DNA of 64,000 nt from Deltaproteobacteria bacterium. GTDB lineage: Bacteria; Desulfobacterota; Deferrimicrobia; Deferrimicrobiales; Deferrimicrobiaceae. The translations under genes were made by a program, and so were the position numbers. The stretch spans positions 1,666,614 through 1,730,613 of the forward strand of contig CP070783.1 in assembly GCA_020346465.1 (NCBI GenBank), read 5' to 3'. The notes beneath the pieces are model-generated. The model was not told the origin of the DNA. It made no database searches and worked only from the letters and a program-made list of their open reading frames with translations. Shown piece after piece: positions 63,904-64,000 of the stretch (the first letter of the stretch is position 1; every line of letters starts with the position of its first letter).

Positions 63904-64000
63904 TTATCCGTTGATCGATTTCCGCAGCGTCTCGATGCTGTGTTTCAACGATACATCGTCTTTCGTTTTTTTCTCTATCATTTTTACGGCGTACATGACG
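63904..64000 (-). CDS. dnaA: Chromosomal replication initiator DnaA, C-terminal fragment
   Basis: Hand translation VMYAVKMIEKKTKDDVSLKHSIETLRKSING*, matching the end of domain IV; directly upstream of dnaN. Confidence 0.85.
   Translation of the reverse strand, partial: VMYAVKMIEKKTKDDVSLKHSIETLRKSING

Overview
GC-rich bacterial chromosomal segment next to the replication origin. Gene content and order (split Fo/F1 atp genes, mfd-PPIase-PPIase-surA-pdxA, dnaA-dnaN-gyrB-gyrA) look deltaproteobacterial/Desulfobacterota-like; the taxon is an inference. The main feature is a ~24 kb minus-strand run of 25 complex I genes. An 11-subunit cassette (nuoABCDHIJKLMN, no EFG) is followed 13 bp later by a complete 14-subunit cassette (nuoA-N). 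NuoL of the 11-subunit cassette carries a 26-aa duplication in its lateral helix, the hallmark of four-antiporter '2M' complexes, yet that cassette has only one nuoM. Other notable items: a ~100-nt structured intergenic repeat (three copies plus one internally deleted copy, one inside the nuo operon); an operon with two family III CoA-transferases, a Zn-ribbon protein and a 57-aa four-Cys protein missing from the ORF track, followed by an aromatic-acid-type CoA ligase; an orphan gene between gyrB and gyrA; and an oriC unwinding module between dnaA and dnaN. The rest is housekeeping (hemL, atpZIBE, uvrA, pdxA, PPIases, mfd, nadA, gpsA). No tRNA, rRNA, CRISPR array or transposase was recognised. 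Family assignments come from motif recognition by eye, not database searches.
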